A stretch of DNA of 64,000 nt from an uncultured delta proteobacterium (GCA_963745035.1 CAVUVW010000013.1:1216001-1280000); one strand, 5' to 3'. Shown: positions 51,672 through 61,760, numbered from the stretch's first letter. Translations and numbers: made by a program. Notes: generated by a model not told the origin, from the sequence alone.

Positions 51672-52481
51672 ATGATGCCGCATCTGACTTTGCCGGATAC
51701 GGAAATCTACTACGAATGCCACGGCGACGGCCCGCCGTTCTTGTTTTGCAGCGTCACCGGGCTCGATCATCAAGCTTGGAAGTTCCACCAAGTACCGGAG
51801 TTCTCGCGCGATCATCGCGTGATCCTGTTCGACTATCGCGGCACCGGCAAGTCGAGCAAAACGGTGCAAAAGTATTCAATCAAAATGTTCACTGACGATG
51901 TTGCGGCGCTGCTCGATCATTTGAATGTGGAGCAAGCAATCGTCTGCGGTCACTCCATGGGCGGCGTGGTCGCCCAGCTACTCGCCATCGAGCATCCGCG
52001 CAAGGTAAGAAAGCTTATCCTCGCGTCGAGCGGCGCCGCTCATCCCGGCGCAAATGGCATCCCCTTCGCCATGTGCCGGGACATGGTGCGCAAAGGCTTT
52101 GAAGGCTACATCCGCGAGCACACCATCGAAACCGGCTGGACGAAGGAATTCGTTGCGGCCCACCCCGACCTGATTGAAAATTTTCTTCAAGTCAGGATGT
52201 CGGGCATCGCGCCGCTGGAAAATTACCTGCATTTCGTTTTGGCGCGCCAGGAGCACGACCACACGGAACGATTGAAAGAAATTCGTGTGCCTACCCTGAT
52301 CCTTGTCGGCGACGATGAAAACCATGGCGCAGCGGACCGCACGCATTGGGCCGCCGCGCATCACCTCGCCCGTGAGATTCCCAATTCCAAGCTGGTCGCG
52401 CTAAAAGGCGAAGGCCATCACTACCTAGCGACGAATCCAACGGCGGCGCATGAGGCGATCAGAAAATTTATTGGGCCGTAG
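51672..52481 (+). CDS. Alpha/beta hydrolase (PcaD/RutD-like)
   Basis: FDYRGTGKS, GHSMGG, PTLILVG and GHH motifs. Confidence 0.87.
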   Translation: MMPHLTLPDTEIYYECHGDGPPFLFCSVTGLDHQAWKFHQVPEFSRDHRVILFDYRGTGKSSKTVQKYSIKMFTDDVAALLDHLNVEQAIVCGHSMGGVVAQLLAIEHPRKVRKLILASSGAAHPGANGIPFAMCRDMVRKGFEGYIREHTIETGWTKEFVAAHPDLIENFLQVRMSGIAPLENYLHFVLARQEHDHTERLKEIRVPTLILVGDDENHGAADRTHWAAAHHLAREIPNSKLVALKGEGHHYLATNPTAAHEAIRKFIGP

Positions 52482-52503
52482 GGGAGTTGAAATCCGCCCC
52501 TAC
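52478..52503. repeat. GTAG-type REP element
   Basis: GTAGGGGAGTTGAAATCCGCCCCTAC; supplies the TAG stop of the upstream gene. Confidence 0.65.
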
Positions 52504-52521
52504 AACAATCGGAGGCAACCC

Positions 52522-53643
52522 ATGGCCGAGAACTTTTCAAGTATCACGAGGCGCGATTTTCTCAGACTCACAGCCAAAAGCGCCATCGTCTCATCCGGTC
52601 TACTATCCGGCTGCGCCGCAGCTACTCCCGGCGGCGCGAAGGTCACCCGCGCGATCGATATCCATCACCACTACATCCCGCCTGAGCTGATCGACGAAGT
52701 GAAGCGCAGCGGCAAAACCCTCGGCGTCGAGTATTTTCCACCAAAAGACGCCAAAGATAATCCATTTCAGATTCGATTCCCCAATGGGAACCGGCTCAAC
52801 CCGGACCGACGCATGACCGAAGTCCCCAACCGTCTCGAGGCCATGACCAAAGGCCATATCGACATCGCCACGGTGGAAGTTCATACCGCCTGCGTCGGCT
52901 ACGAGCTCGACGGCAGCCGCGGCGAGACTTGGTCGAAGCTCTACAACGAAGCGATCATGAGTCTGGTCAAGCGCCACCCCGACCGCTTCGCCGGCATCGC
53001 CACCGTGCCGCTTCAGGACCCGCCGCGCGCCGCGCGCGTGTTGGAGCACGCCATTCGTGATCTGAAAATGTCGGGCGTAACGATCGCGTCCAACGTTGTC
53101 GGCAAATATTTCGACAGCAAAGACTTCGATCCGTTCTGGCAAAAGGCCGAGGAATTGGATGTCCTCATGATCATGCATCCCGAGTGGGTTCTCGGCAGCG
53201 AAAAAATCGGCGCCTACGGCCTGCGCACCGTATGCGGCAATCCAGCGGACACGACCCTCTCGGTCGGCTATATGATCTACAGCGGGGTCTTCGATCGCTT
53301 TCCGAATCTAAAGCTCGCGTTGCTTCACGGCGGCGGCTTTTTTCCGTATCACCTCGGCAGGTTCGACAGCGGCTTCAGGAGCGGCGGCGCCTCGCGCATC
53401 CCGGCAAAACAACCGCCGAGCAAGTATCTCAAGAACCTTTACTTCGACAATTTGCTCTATCGGGTAGAGACCATCGAATATTTGAAGCGCATGGTCGGCG
53501 CCGAGCACATCATGGTCGGCACCGATTATCCCTTCGACCTCGGCGATTGGATGGCGGCGGAGAAGATTCAGACGATGAACTGCACCGAGAGCGAACGCGA
53601 AGCGATGCTGCATGGGAATGCGCGGAAGCTGCTGAAACTGTAA
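52522..53643 (+). CDS. Amidohydrolase family 2 (ACMSD-like) protein with Tat lipoprotein signal
   Basis: TRRDFL and LLSGC at the N-terminus; DIHHH, VPLQDP, MHP, GVFDRFP, HGGG and GTDYPF motifs. Confidence 0.88.
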   Translation: MAENFSSITRRDFLRLTAKSAIVSSGLLSGCAAATPGGAKVTRAIDIHHHYIPPELIDEVKRSGKTLGVEYFPPKDAKDNPFQIRFPNGNRLNPDRRMTEVPNRLEAMTKGHIDIATVEVHTACVGYELDGSRGETWSKLYNEAIMSLVKRHPDRFAGIATVPLQDPPRAARVLEHAIRDLKMSGVTIASNVVGKYFDSKDFDPFWQKAEELDVLMIMHPEWVLGSEKIGAYGLRTVCGNPADTTLSVGYMIYSGVFDRFPNLKLALLHGGGFFPYHLGRFDSGFRSGGASRIPAKQPPSKYLKNLYFDNLLYRVETIEYLKRMVGAEHIMVGTDYPFDLGDWMAAEKIQTMNCTESEREAMLHGNARKLLKL

Positions 53644-53657
53644 CTTCGCCAATTCTT

Positions 53658-55583
53658 ATGGCTGCGATCATTTCGCCTTACGGTTCCTGGAAGTCGCCGA
53701 TCACCGCCGAGTTGGTCGGCGGTGCCGAAACGGGCCTCGAACAATTACGCATTGACGGCGACGATATTTTTTGGATCGAGCGGCGCCCGCAAGAAGGCGG
53801 CAGAAAAGTTATCGTGCGGCGGGCGAACGACGGCACAACCACGGATGTCACGCCGATCGGATTCAACGCGCGCACGCGAGTGCACGAGTACGGCGGCGGG
53901 GACTACGCAGTGCTGAACGGACGAGTCCTCTTTTCAAATTTCACCGATCAACGCCTGTATGTCCAAGAGATCGGCTCTGAGCCGAAGCCGATAACGCCAC
54001 AAGCCTCGATGCGCTATGCCGAAGGTCAGTTCGATCGACGCGGCAAGTTTTTCTATTGCGTGCGGGAGGATCATACCGGGTCAGGCGAAGCGGTAAATTC
54101 TATCGTCCGGGTCGATTTGAGCGACGGCGCTCCCGCCGAAATCATCGCCTCGGGAAACGACTTTTATTCGTCGCCGCGCTTCAGTCCAGATGATGCCCGC
54201 CTGGCTTGGCTCACTTGGAGCCATCCCAACATGCCGTGGGACGGCACGGAGTTGTGGGTCGGCAAAATAAGCGCAGACGGCGGTTTGATTGAAAAGCAAA
54301 GAATTGCCGGCGGCGTCGATGAATCGATTTTTCAGCCGGAATGGGCGCCGGACGGCACGCTGTATTTTGTCTCCGACCGAAGCGGCTGGTGGAATCTCTA
54401 CCGCTGGCGAGACAATCAGGTCGAGCCACTCTGCCCAATGGAAGCCGAGTTCGGTCAACCCCAGTGGGTCTTCGGCACTAGCCTCTACGCATTTTCGTCC
54501 GCGACCCGAATCGTCTGTACTTATGCGAAAGACGGCCGTGACTACCTCGCCATGTTGGACACGGAGAATAGAACGCTCAAAACAATTGAGCTGCCGTTCA
54601 CGACCATCTCCCAGGTTCGCGCTTCGGGTAATCGCGTGGTGCTCATCGGATCGGCCCGGACGGAATCCGCTTCGATCGTATCTCTCGATTTGCGTACGAA
54701 CTCCTTCGATATATTGCGGCGGTCGAGAGAAGCAACCAACCTTGCAGGCTACCTCACGATACCGCAAGCGATAGAATTTCCCACCGAGCAAGGATTGACC
54801 GCCCACGGATATTTTTACCGGCCGACCAATCGCGACTACGCCGCGCCGGAGAATGAAAAACCGCCACTGCTGGTGATGAGCCATGGAGGACCGACCTCCT
54901 CGACTTCAGCGTCACTCAAATACTCCATTCAGTACTGGACGAGCCGGGGAATCGCCGTTCTCGATGTCAACTACGGCGGCAGCTCCAGCTACGGCCGCGC
55001 CTATCGAGAACGGCTCAACGGCCTCTGGGGCATCGTCGATGTCGACGACTGCGTCAACGGCGCGCGCTATTTAGTCGAACACGGCGAAGTCGACGGCCGC
55101 CGGCTTGCCATACGCGGCGGCAGCGCCGGCGGCTACACCACGCTTTGCGCGCTCACGTTCCGCGACGTCTTCAAAGCCGGCGCGAGCCACTACGGCATCA
55201 GCGACTTGGAAGCCCTCGCCAAGGATACCCACAAGTTCGAGTCGCGCTATCTTGAACGGCTGATCGGTCCCTACCCCAAGCGACGCGATCTTTACGTCGA
55301 GCGCTCCCCCATCCACTTCACCGACCGGTTGAGTTGTCCCATGATCATCTTTCAAGGTCTCGAAGACAAAGTCGTCCCGCCCAATCAGGCCGAGAAAATG
55401 GTGGAAGCCGTGCGTGCGAAGAAATTGCCCGTCGCCTACGTTACCTTTGAAGGCGAGCAGCACGGCTTTCGGAAGGCGGAAAATATCCGGCGCGTGCTCG
55501 AAGCAGAACTCTATTTTTACTCCAAGCTTTTCGGTTTCGAACTAGGCGATCCTGTCGAGCCCGTCGAAATTGAGAACCTGTAA
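53658..55583 (+). CDS. S9 family peptidase (acylaminoacyl peptidase-like)
   Basis: PYGSWKSPI, WSHPNMPWD, HGGPT, GGSAGG, QGLEDKVV and EQHGF motifs. Confidence 0.93.
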   Translation: MAAIISPYGSWKSPITAELVGGAETGLEQLRIDGDDIFWIERRPQEGGRKVIVRRANDGTTTDVTPIGFNARTRVHEYGGGDYAVLNGRVLFSNFTDQRLYVQEIGSEPKPITPQASMRYAEGQFDRRGKFFYCVREDHTGSGEAVNSIVRVDLSDGAPAEIIASGNDFYSSPRFSPDDARLAWLTWSHPNMPWDGTELWVGKISADGGLIEKQRIAGGVDESIFQPEWAPDGTLYFVSDRSGWWNLYRWRDNQVEPLCPMEAEFGQPQWVFGTSLYAFSSATRIVCTYAKDGRDYLAMLDTENRTLKTIELPFTTISQVRASGNRVVLIGSARTESASIVSLDLRTNSFDILRRSREATNLAGYLTIPQAIEFPTEQGLTAHGYFYRPTNRDYAAPENEKPPLLVMSHGGPTSSTSASLKYSIQYWTSRGIAVLDVNYGGSSSYGRAYRERLNGLWGIVDVDDCVNGARYLVEHGEVDGRRLAIRGGSAGGYTTLCALTFRDVFKAGASHYGISDLEALAKDTHKFESRYLERLIGPYPKRRDLYVERSPIHFTDRLSCPMIIFQGLEDKVVPPNQAEKMVEAVRAKKLPVAYVTFEGEQHGFRKAENIRRVLEAELYFYSKLFGFELGDPVEPVEIENL

Positions 55584-55684
55584 GAAGATCGGCCGACCTT
55601 TCGTTTCGGCGACTAGCATTCGAATGTCCTTAACCTCGTTGCAATAATCGGCTCAGATGGAATTTTGATGAACCCCGAAGGCTA

Positions 55685-56383
55685 ATGAAGTTTAAGGCGG
55701 TCATTTTCGATTTCTACGGTACCCTGGTGGAGGACTTTGGATCAGCATCGGTAGACCAGCTGCAGACGGAATTTCTCAAAGCGCTTGAAGTTCCTGCCGA
55801 GCCTTTCATGAAGCTCTGGAGAGAAACAACAGAGAAGCGAGTTGGCGGTGCATTTCAGACGGTTGAAGCCAGTATCGAGCATGTTTGCGATCTCTTAGCT
55901 GTGAAGTTAACACGGGAACGATTGACTCGTGCGACGGAAATCCGCTTGCAGATTATAAGGCAAACACTCAAGCCAAAAGCAGATGCCGTAAAAACACTCT
56001 CGCGCCTGAAGCAGGAAGCCTATAAGATTGGCTTGCTCAGCAATTGTTCCATAGAAATTGCGATTCTCTGGCAGGAAACGGAATTCGCTCCTTTAATCGA
56101 TTCCGCCATTTTCTCGAGCCGTGAGTGCCTCAAAAAGCCAGACCTTCGCATGTATCGTCTCGCCTGCGAGCGCCTTCACGTGACGCCAGGCGAATGCCTC
56201 TATGTCGCCGACGGCGAGAATAACGAGCTTGCCGCCGCGGCCAAGGTCGGCTTGCATCCGGTACTGATTCGAAATCCCGCGTCGCAAAAACGTCCGGATC
56301 TTTTTAGGGAAGCAACCGAATGGCAAGGGCGCACCATTTCTGAGCTTACCGAAGTCCTAGGAATAGCTGTATCGAGCCTGTGA
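55685..56383 (+). CDS. HAD family hydrolase
   Basis: FDFYGTL, LSN, KKPD and YVADG motifs. Confidence 0.87.
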   Translation: MKFKAVIFDFYGTLVEDFGSASVDQLQTEFLKALEVPAEPFMKLWRETTEKRVGGAFQTVEASIEHVCDLLAVKLTRERLTRATEIRLQIIRQTLKPKADAVKTLSRLKQEAYKIGLLSNCSIEIAILWQETEFAPLIDSAIFSSRECLKKPDLRMYRLACERLHVTPGECLYVADGENNELAAAAKVGLHPVLIRNPASQKRPDLFREATEWQGRTISELTEVLGIAVSSL

Positions 56384-56434
56384 CAATCTCTTGAGTATTT
56401 CAAAACGTTCGTCGCCGCAAATCGGGGCGTTATC

Positions 56435-56560
56435 ATGACGATTCGCGATGCCACAGAAACTGACCTTCCGGCTATCGTTGGGGACTCTTGCCGCGTGTCG
56501 CTGAACTAGACGGCGTCGAGCGCGATCTGATAATTTTGGGGGCATCGTATTCTGGACTGA
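56435..56560 (+). pseudogene. Remnant of a Pat/YncA-like GNAT acetyltransferase with a large internal deletion
   Basis: MTIRDATETDLPAIV (family N-terminus) is joined directly to WGLLPRVAELDGVERDLIILG (family C-terminus). Confidence 0.7.
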
Positions 56561-56586
56561 CCGAGATTGAATTCGACGGAGAGAAA

Positions 56587-57261
56587 ATGGGTCCTTATAC
56601 AAAGCGGCAACCGGTTTCTTTACTTCTCTTCGGCATCATGGTCCTAACAGCGGCCTCAGCTCACGCGGCCGGATCCGGCGTTTGGGAAACATCGATCAAC
56701 CCTCAAACCACGGAGCGCTTCATTCCGGTCGAGCTCTGGACGGGAGCGGACTGGGACGGGCAAAAAGAATTGAAAATGGCGCCCGTCGACGGCGTCTATC
56801 GTCACCGCACCTCGAGCTACTCGATCAAGGGCCCAACCGAATGGAAGCATCCGGTAACCGGCCGGACATCGCTCACCTACGAGAGAATAAATCCCGGCAG
56901 AAACAAAGACGACGATAAGTCGCAGCTGTTCACCATCAATGAGGATCAAACGGGTTTGGGCAGGCTATTTGACGGCAGGCCGCGTCGAGACACGCGCACC
57001 TATTCGGGCGGTCTGAAATTTCCTCTTGGACTGTGGAAAGAAGGCGAAACAAAATCGTTCGTATACAAAGTCTGGGACACGACCGAAACAACGAGAATGG
57101 AAGCGATTACGATCAAACAGATCAATTTCACTTATCAGGGGGCGCCCTATTGCCTGGAGATCTATTGGACTGCTACGGACCGATCGGGGAGAAAAACCTA
57201 CGATCGCCACACCTACATCTACTGTCCTAGGAAGAGCATGGTGAACCAAATTCAGCACTAA
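56587..57261 (+). CDS. Exported hypothetical protein
   Basis: GGAG RBS; signal peptide ending AASAHA; mature region rich in Trp, Tyr and Thr. Confidence 0.72.
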   Translation: MGPYTKRQPVSLLLFGIMVLTAASAHAAGSGVWETSINPQTTERFIPVELWTGADWDGQKELKMAPVDGVYRHRTSSYSIKGPTEWKHPVTGRTSLTYERINPGRNKDDDKSQLFTINEDQTGLGRLFDGRPRRDTRTYSGGLKFPLGLWKEGETKSFVYKVWDTTETTRMEAITIKQINFTYQGAPYCLEIYWTATDRSGRKTYDRHTYIYCPRKSMVNQIQH

Positions 57262-57402
57262 GGCACCTCGCCCGCGTTGCACGCCGCCGAAGTTCTTCCC
57301 AATAGCAGCGTCTCAGATACCCAACCCGCCACCCAGTGTTCCAAGCAATCGAAGGGACGTGCTAGTATCCGAGCAAACCAAAAACTTGGAGCAGTCATTC
57401 AC

Positions 57403-58575
57403 ATGCAGCACACGCCGCCGGCAGAATTCCATCAACCGCAGGGCTTCTTGGCTCTCGCCAAGAATGTCGGGATCAAAGACTCGACACTCGACCTGACTGT
57501 CATTTATTCGACCGTTCGCGCACGCGCGGCGGCGATGTTTACGCGCAATCGCTTTCCCGGCGCGCCGGTGATCATTGGCAAGAAACATATTGCCAATGGC
57601 TACGCGCAGGCGCTGGTCATCAACAGCAAGAATGCCAACGTGGCGATGGGCAAACAAGGCATCGATAACGCGATCGAAACCTGCCGTAGCGTGGGAGAAG
57701 AATTGGACATCAGCCCGTATGACGTCCTGCCTTTCTCCACTGGCGTCATCGGCCGCCCCCTGCCCATGGACAAGATCCGCGCGGGATTGCGCGGCATTCG
57801 GAGCGAATTGAAGCCGGACAATCTCAAGATCGCCGCTGAAGCGATCATGACGACGGACAGATATCCGAAATACATCTCCGTGAAAGTTGGCAAGGCGACT
57901 ATCGCCGGTATCGCCAAGGGCGCCGGAATGATCGAACCGAACATGGCGACGATGCTGGTCTATCTCATGACGGACGCCGAACTGCCCCCGGGCGCGCTGC
58001 GGCCGATGCTTCGGCGCGTCGTCGATCGCACTTTCAATTGCATGAGCATCGACACCGACACCAGCACGAGCGATACCGTCGTGCTAATGGCCAACGGTCT
58101 GGCCGGGAAAGTGAGACTCGGTGCATTTGAAAAGGATTTGTTGAAGGTCTGCGAATATCTCGCCAAAGAGATCGCTCGCAGTGGGGAAGGCGCCACCAAG
58201 CTGATCACCGTCGATGTGAAAGACGCGACGAACGACGGACAGGCGAAGCGGATCGCGAAGTCGGTCGTCAACTCGCCGCTCGTCAAAACCGCCGTCTACG
58301 GGTGCGATCCCAACTGGGGCCGGGTAATCATGGCCATCGGCAAGACCTTCGATCCGGCCGTCGATCCCGCCAAAGTCACGATAAACTTCGGCGGCACGAA
58401 TGTTTTTAAAAAGGGCACGCCCGTGGATTGCGATCTCGAGGCGCTACGACAATATCTCGGACAGCCGGAAGTGACGATCGGGGTAAATCTCGGCATCGGC
58501 AAAGCCGGCGCGCGCGTTTGGGGATGCGATCTGACCGAAGGTTACATTAAAGAGAACGCCTACTACACGACGTAA
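57403..58575 (+). CDS. argJ: Ornithine acetyltransferase
   Basis: FTRNRF, STGVIG, AIMTTD, KGAGMIEPNMATML, DTSTSD, GEGATK, SPLVKTA and PNWGR motifs. Confidence 0.95.
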   Translation: MQHTPPAEFHQPQGFLALAKNVGIKDSTLDLTVIYSTVRARAAAMFTRNRFPGAPVIIGKKHIANGYAQALVINSKNANVAMGKQGIDNAIETCRSVGEELDISPYDVLPFSTGVIGRPLPMDKIRAGLRGIRSELKPDNLKIAAEAIMTTDRYPKYISVKVGKATIAGIAKGAGMIEPNMATMLVYLMTDAELPPGALRPMLRRVVDRTFNCMSIDTDTSTSDTVVLMANGLAGKVRLGAFEKDLLKVCEYLAKEIARSGEGATKLITVDVKDATNDGQAKRIAKSVVNSPLVKTAVYGCDPNWGRVIMAIGKTFDPAVDPAKVTINFGGTNVFKKGTPVDCDLEALRQYLGQPEVTIGVNLGIGKAGARVWGCDLTEGYIKENAYYTT

Positions 58576-58610
58576 AATGACGACCGTCTTCGTGCACCCG
58601 GATGCAGGAG

Positions 58611-58639
58611 GTAGGGGCGCGCTTCAAACCCGCCCCTAC
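58611..58639. repeat. GTAG-type REP element
   Basis: GTAGGGGCGCGCTTCAAACCCGCCCCTAC. Confidence 0.75.
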
Positions 58640-58652
58640 ACGAAAGAATCGG

Positions 58653-59825
58653 ATGGAGCAGAAAGCGAATAATTTTCTTCTGAAAGGCGGTCGCCTTATC
58701 GACCCCGCCGGCGGCAAAGATGGAATTTTCGACATCCACGTGCGCGATGGCAGAATCCAAGCGATCGGAGCAAACGTCGCTGACGATGGCGCGACCGTCA
58801 TCGACATCAAAGACCACATCGTCACCCCCGGTCTGATCGACGTTCATCTGCACCTCATGAAGGGCCTCGGCGCCTTCGGCGTCGATCCGGATATATTCGG
58901 CGTCGGTTCGGGCGTGACGACCGTCGTCGATGCCGGCAGCGCCGGGCATACCCTGCTCAACGTTTTTCGAAACTATGTCACGGACAACGCCAAGACGCGG
59001 GTACTCAACTACATCAATCTTTCCACCCTCGGCGGCGTTAGCGGACCAGGCTATAGCATTCTCGCCGACCCGCGTCTGATCGATGAGGCGAAGATCGAGC
59101 AAGCCGTCGAAGCCAACCGAGACATTATCGTCGGCATCAAGATCATGGCGACAGGAGGAGCGCTCGGGTCCCAAGGATTGAAGCCGTTGGAACGCGCGCG
59201 CAAGCTCGGCGACACGTTAAAATTGCCGCTGCTCGTGCACATCGGCGAGAGTTGGACCAAGGACACTGCGCCGGTGCACGTCGGCGACGTCCTTAAGTAT
59301 CTTCGAGCGGGCGATATCGTGACGCACATGTTCACCGTACATCCCGGCGGTTTGCTCGACGGCAACGGCAAGCTCTGGCCGCAGGTGCGCGACGCCAAAG
59401 AATCCGGCGTGCTGATGGATGTCGGCCATGGGCTGCACAATTTGAATTTCGATGTGGCCCGCAAGGTTCTCGATCAAGGACTTCATCCCGACGGCGTTTC
59501 CACCGACGGCCATCGCGGCAACCGCGCCGGACCCGTGTACGATTTGCCGACAACCATGGCGAAGCTCATGGCGCTGGGATTCTCGCTCAATCAGGTGATC
59601 GAGATGGCGACGGCGAACGCCGCGCGGCTGCTCGGCCGCTCCCATGAACTAGGAACGCTCAAGATCGGGGATACGGCGGATTTATCCGTTTTAAGGATCG
59701 AGGATAGAGAATGGCAAGCGGTCGATTCCCAAAAAGGAACCATTCCCGCACGCCAGGCAATCACTCCGGTGTACGCGATTCTCGGCGATACGATTTATGA
59801 GCCTTTAGCAGTGAAACGGCCATAA
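58653..59825 (+). CDS. Amidohydrolase/dihydroorotase-like metallohydrolase
   Basis: PGLIDVHLH, GVTTVVDAGSAG, GIKI, LVHIG, GDIVTH, DVGHG and STD motifs. Confidence 0.88.
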   Translation: MEQKANNFLLKGGRLIDPAGGKDGIFDIHVRDGRIQAIGANVADDGATVIDIKDHIVTPGLIDVHLHLMKGLGAFGVDPDIFGVGSGVTTVVDAGSAGHTLLNVFRNYVTDNAKTRVLNYINLSTLGGVSGPGYSILADPRLIDEAKIEQAVEANRDIIVGIKIMATGGALGSQGLKPLERARKLGDTLKLPLLVHIGESWTKDTAPVHVGDVLKYLRAGDIVTHMFTVHPGGLLDGNGKLWPQVRDAKESGVLMDVGHGLHNLNFDVARKVLDQGLHPDGVSTDGHRGNRAGPVYDLPTTMAKLMALGFSLNQVIEMATANAARLLGRSHELGTLKIGDTADLSVLRIEDREWQAVDSQKGTIPARQAITPVYAILGDTIYEPLAVKRP

Positions 59826-59916
59826 TTTGTTTACGCTCTCCACATTGTTTCTAATTTCAGTTTGGCCGGTCTGGAAAAAGACTTCTCTCGACAGGTTGAC
59901 CTGAGATGAAAGCCCT

Positions 59917-60006
59917 TGTCATTTCGAGCAAAGCGAGAAATCTTTCTCTGTAACCCAACCGGATAAACGCATTCAAGAAAGATTTCTCCCTTCAGTCGAA
60001 ATGACA
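59917..60006. repeat. REP-like palindrome TGTCATTTCG...CGAAATGACA
   Basis: TGTCATTTCGAGCAAAGCGAGAAATCTTTC...GAAAGATTTCTCCCTTCAGTCGAAATGACA between convergent genes. Confidence 0.8.
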
Positions 60007-60070
60007 ACGGGTTTCCTTTACGGGCTAGCGCCTGTGCAGGAAAGAGATATCAGAGTGGTTACGGTGCTTC

Positions 60071-61528
60071 CTACCGCCTTCTCCGCGTCGTCGTGCCACC
60101 GAAGATCGATCCTAAAACGCCGCGCATGATCTCACGGCCGAGTTGGCTGCCGATCGCGCGCACCGCGCTCTTGCCCAAAGCTTCGGCCATTTCACCGGCC
60201 TGTGACTGCCACCCGCCGCCTGCGGCAGGCTGCTGCCCCGTAGGAACCTGCGGCGTGCGGGTTTTCAGCATCTCGTAAGCCGACTCGCGGTCCATGACTT
60301 TTTCGTAGTGGCCGTAGATCCCGGACTGCTTGACGGTTCCTTCGCGCTCCGCCACGGACAGCGGCGGAAGCTGGCTTTCCGGCGGATAGATCAGCGCGCG
60401 ATCGACGACATTGGGCTGTCCCTTGTCATTGAGAAACGAAACCAGCGCTTCACCCACGCCGAGCTCCGTGATTACGGTCTCTACGTCGAGATCCTTGTTC
60501 TGCCGAAACGTCGTCGCCGCGGCCTTGACGGCCTTTTGGTCGCGTGGCGTAAAGGCGCGTAGCGCGTGCTGCACGCGATTGCCGAGCTGACCGAGAACGG
60601 TTTCCGGAACGTCGAGCGGATTCTGCGTGATGAAATAGACGCCCACGCCCTTCGAACGAATCAGCCGAACCACCTGCTCGATTTTTTCCAGCAACGCCTT
60701 GGGCGCGTCGTTAAAAAGCAGATGCGCCTCATCGAAAAAGAAAGCGATCTTGGGTTTCTCCGGATCGCCTACCTCGGGCAGGCGCTCGAACAACTCCGAC
60801 ATCAGCCACAACAGGAACGTCGCGTAGAGTTTCGGCGAATTGACGAGCTTGTCGGCGACCAATATGTTAATTGCGCCGCGCCCCTGACCGTCGGTCTGGA
60901 TCATGTCGTCGAGATCGAGCGCCGGCTCGCCGAAGAACTGGTCGCCGCCCTGCTCTTCCAGCGCCAGTAACCCGCGCTGGATCGCGCCGATGCTCGCCGC
61001 TGAAACGTTGCCATACTGAGTCTTGAATTGTCCCGCATTGTCGCCGACATGCTGGAGCATGGCCCGCAGATCTTTGAGATCGAGCAGCAGCATGCCGTTA
61101 TCGTCGGCAATCTTAAAGACCAGGTTGAGCACGCCACTTTGCGTTTCATTCAAATTGAGCAAGCGAGCCATCAAGAGCGGACCCATATCGGACACGGTCG
61201 TGCGGACGGGGTGGCCGTGCTGTCCGAACAGGTCCCAGAAGACCACAGGGTAGCCGTTGAACTGAAACGTCTCCTCGAGTCCCAAGGTTTTCAGCCGCTC
61301 CGAGATCTTCGCATTCTCCTGTCCTGGCCGCGCCATACCGGACAAATCACCCTTCACGTCGGCCATAAAAACCGGAACTCCCGACCGGCTGAGGTTCTCG
61401 GCGATTACGCGCAGCGTGACGGTCTTGCCGGTCCCCGTGGCCCCCGCGATCAAACCATGGTGATTGGCCATACGCGGCAAGATAACGCAAATGTCTTTCC
61501 CCTTGGCGATCGGCAATCCCTCAACCAT
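60071..61528 (-). CDS. DUF853/YjgR-like HerA-family ATPase
   Basis: [42 protein letters not shown] and QHALRAFTP motifs. Confidence 0.92.
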   Translation of the reverse strand: MVEGLPIAKGKDICVILPRMANHHGLIAGATGTGKTVTLRVIAENLSRSGVPVFMADVKGDLSGMARPGQENAKISERLKTLGLEETFQFNGYPVVFWDLFGQHGHPVRTTVSDMGPLLMARLLNLNETQSGVLNLVFKIADDNGMLLLDLKDLRAMLQHVGDNAGQFKTQYGNVSAASIGAIQRGLLALEEQGGDQFFGEPALDLDDMIQTDGQGRGAINILVADKLVNSPKLYATFLLWLMSELFERLPEVGDPEKPKIAFFFDEAHLLFNDAPKALLEKIEQVVRLIRSKGVGVYFITQNPLDVPETVLGQLGNRVQHALRAFTPRDQKAVKAAATTFRQNKDLDVETVITELGVGEALVSFLNDKGQPNVVDRALIYPPESQLPPLSVAEREGTVKQSGIYGHYEKVMDRESAYEMLKTRTPQVPTGQQPAAGGGWQSQAGEMAEALGKSAVRAIGSQLGREIMRGVLGSIFGGTTTRRRR

Positions 61529-61625
61529 GGCCTCGAGCCTCCCTTATTTATTGACAACTTAAAACCTTTAGGCGGGAATGTTCACGCTTGTCAACTAGTG
61601 TTGATGCCTTTATAAACCTCCGGCG

Positions 61626-61654
61626 TGAATGAAATGTCGGCATCAGGCGTCCAA
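61626..61654 (+). promoter_or_regulatory. Candidate ECF-sigma promoter
   Basis: TGAAT-N17-CGTCCAA; parallels 62149-62175. Confidence 0.5.
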
Positions 61655-61760
61655 GTCACCAGAACGAACGGGCCCGAATAGCATCGAGTGGAGGGCGATA
61701 CGATTTCGGTCCTTTCGTTTCAAATTCATCAACAACACAATTCACAAGGGGGATAACTGA

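Noticed and set aside
53184-53657. 799-aa fusion form of the S9 peptidase
   Set aside because: The extension overlaps the amidohydrolase in another frame, and the family N-terminus starts at ATG 53658.
27959-58575. argH-like and argJ genes as an arginine operon
   Set aside because: They are about 28 kb apart on opposite strands, and the lyase carries a signal peptide and non-canonical motifs.
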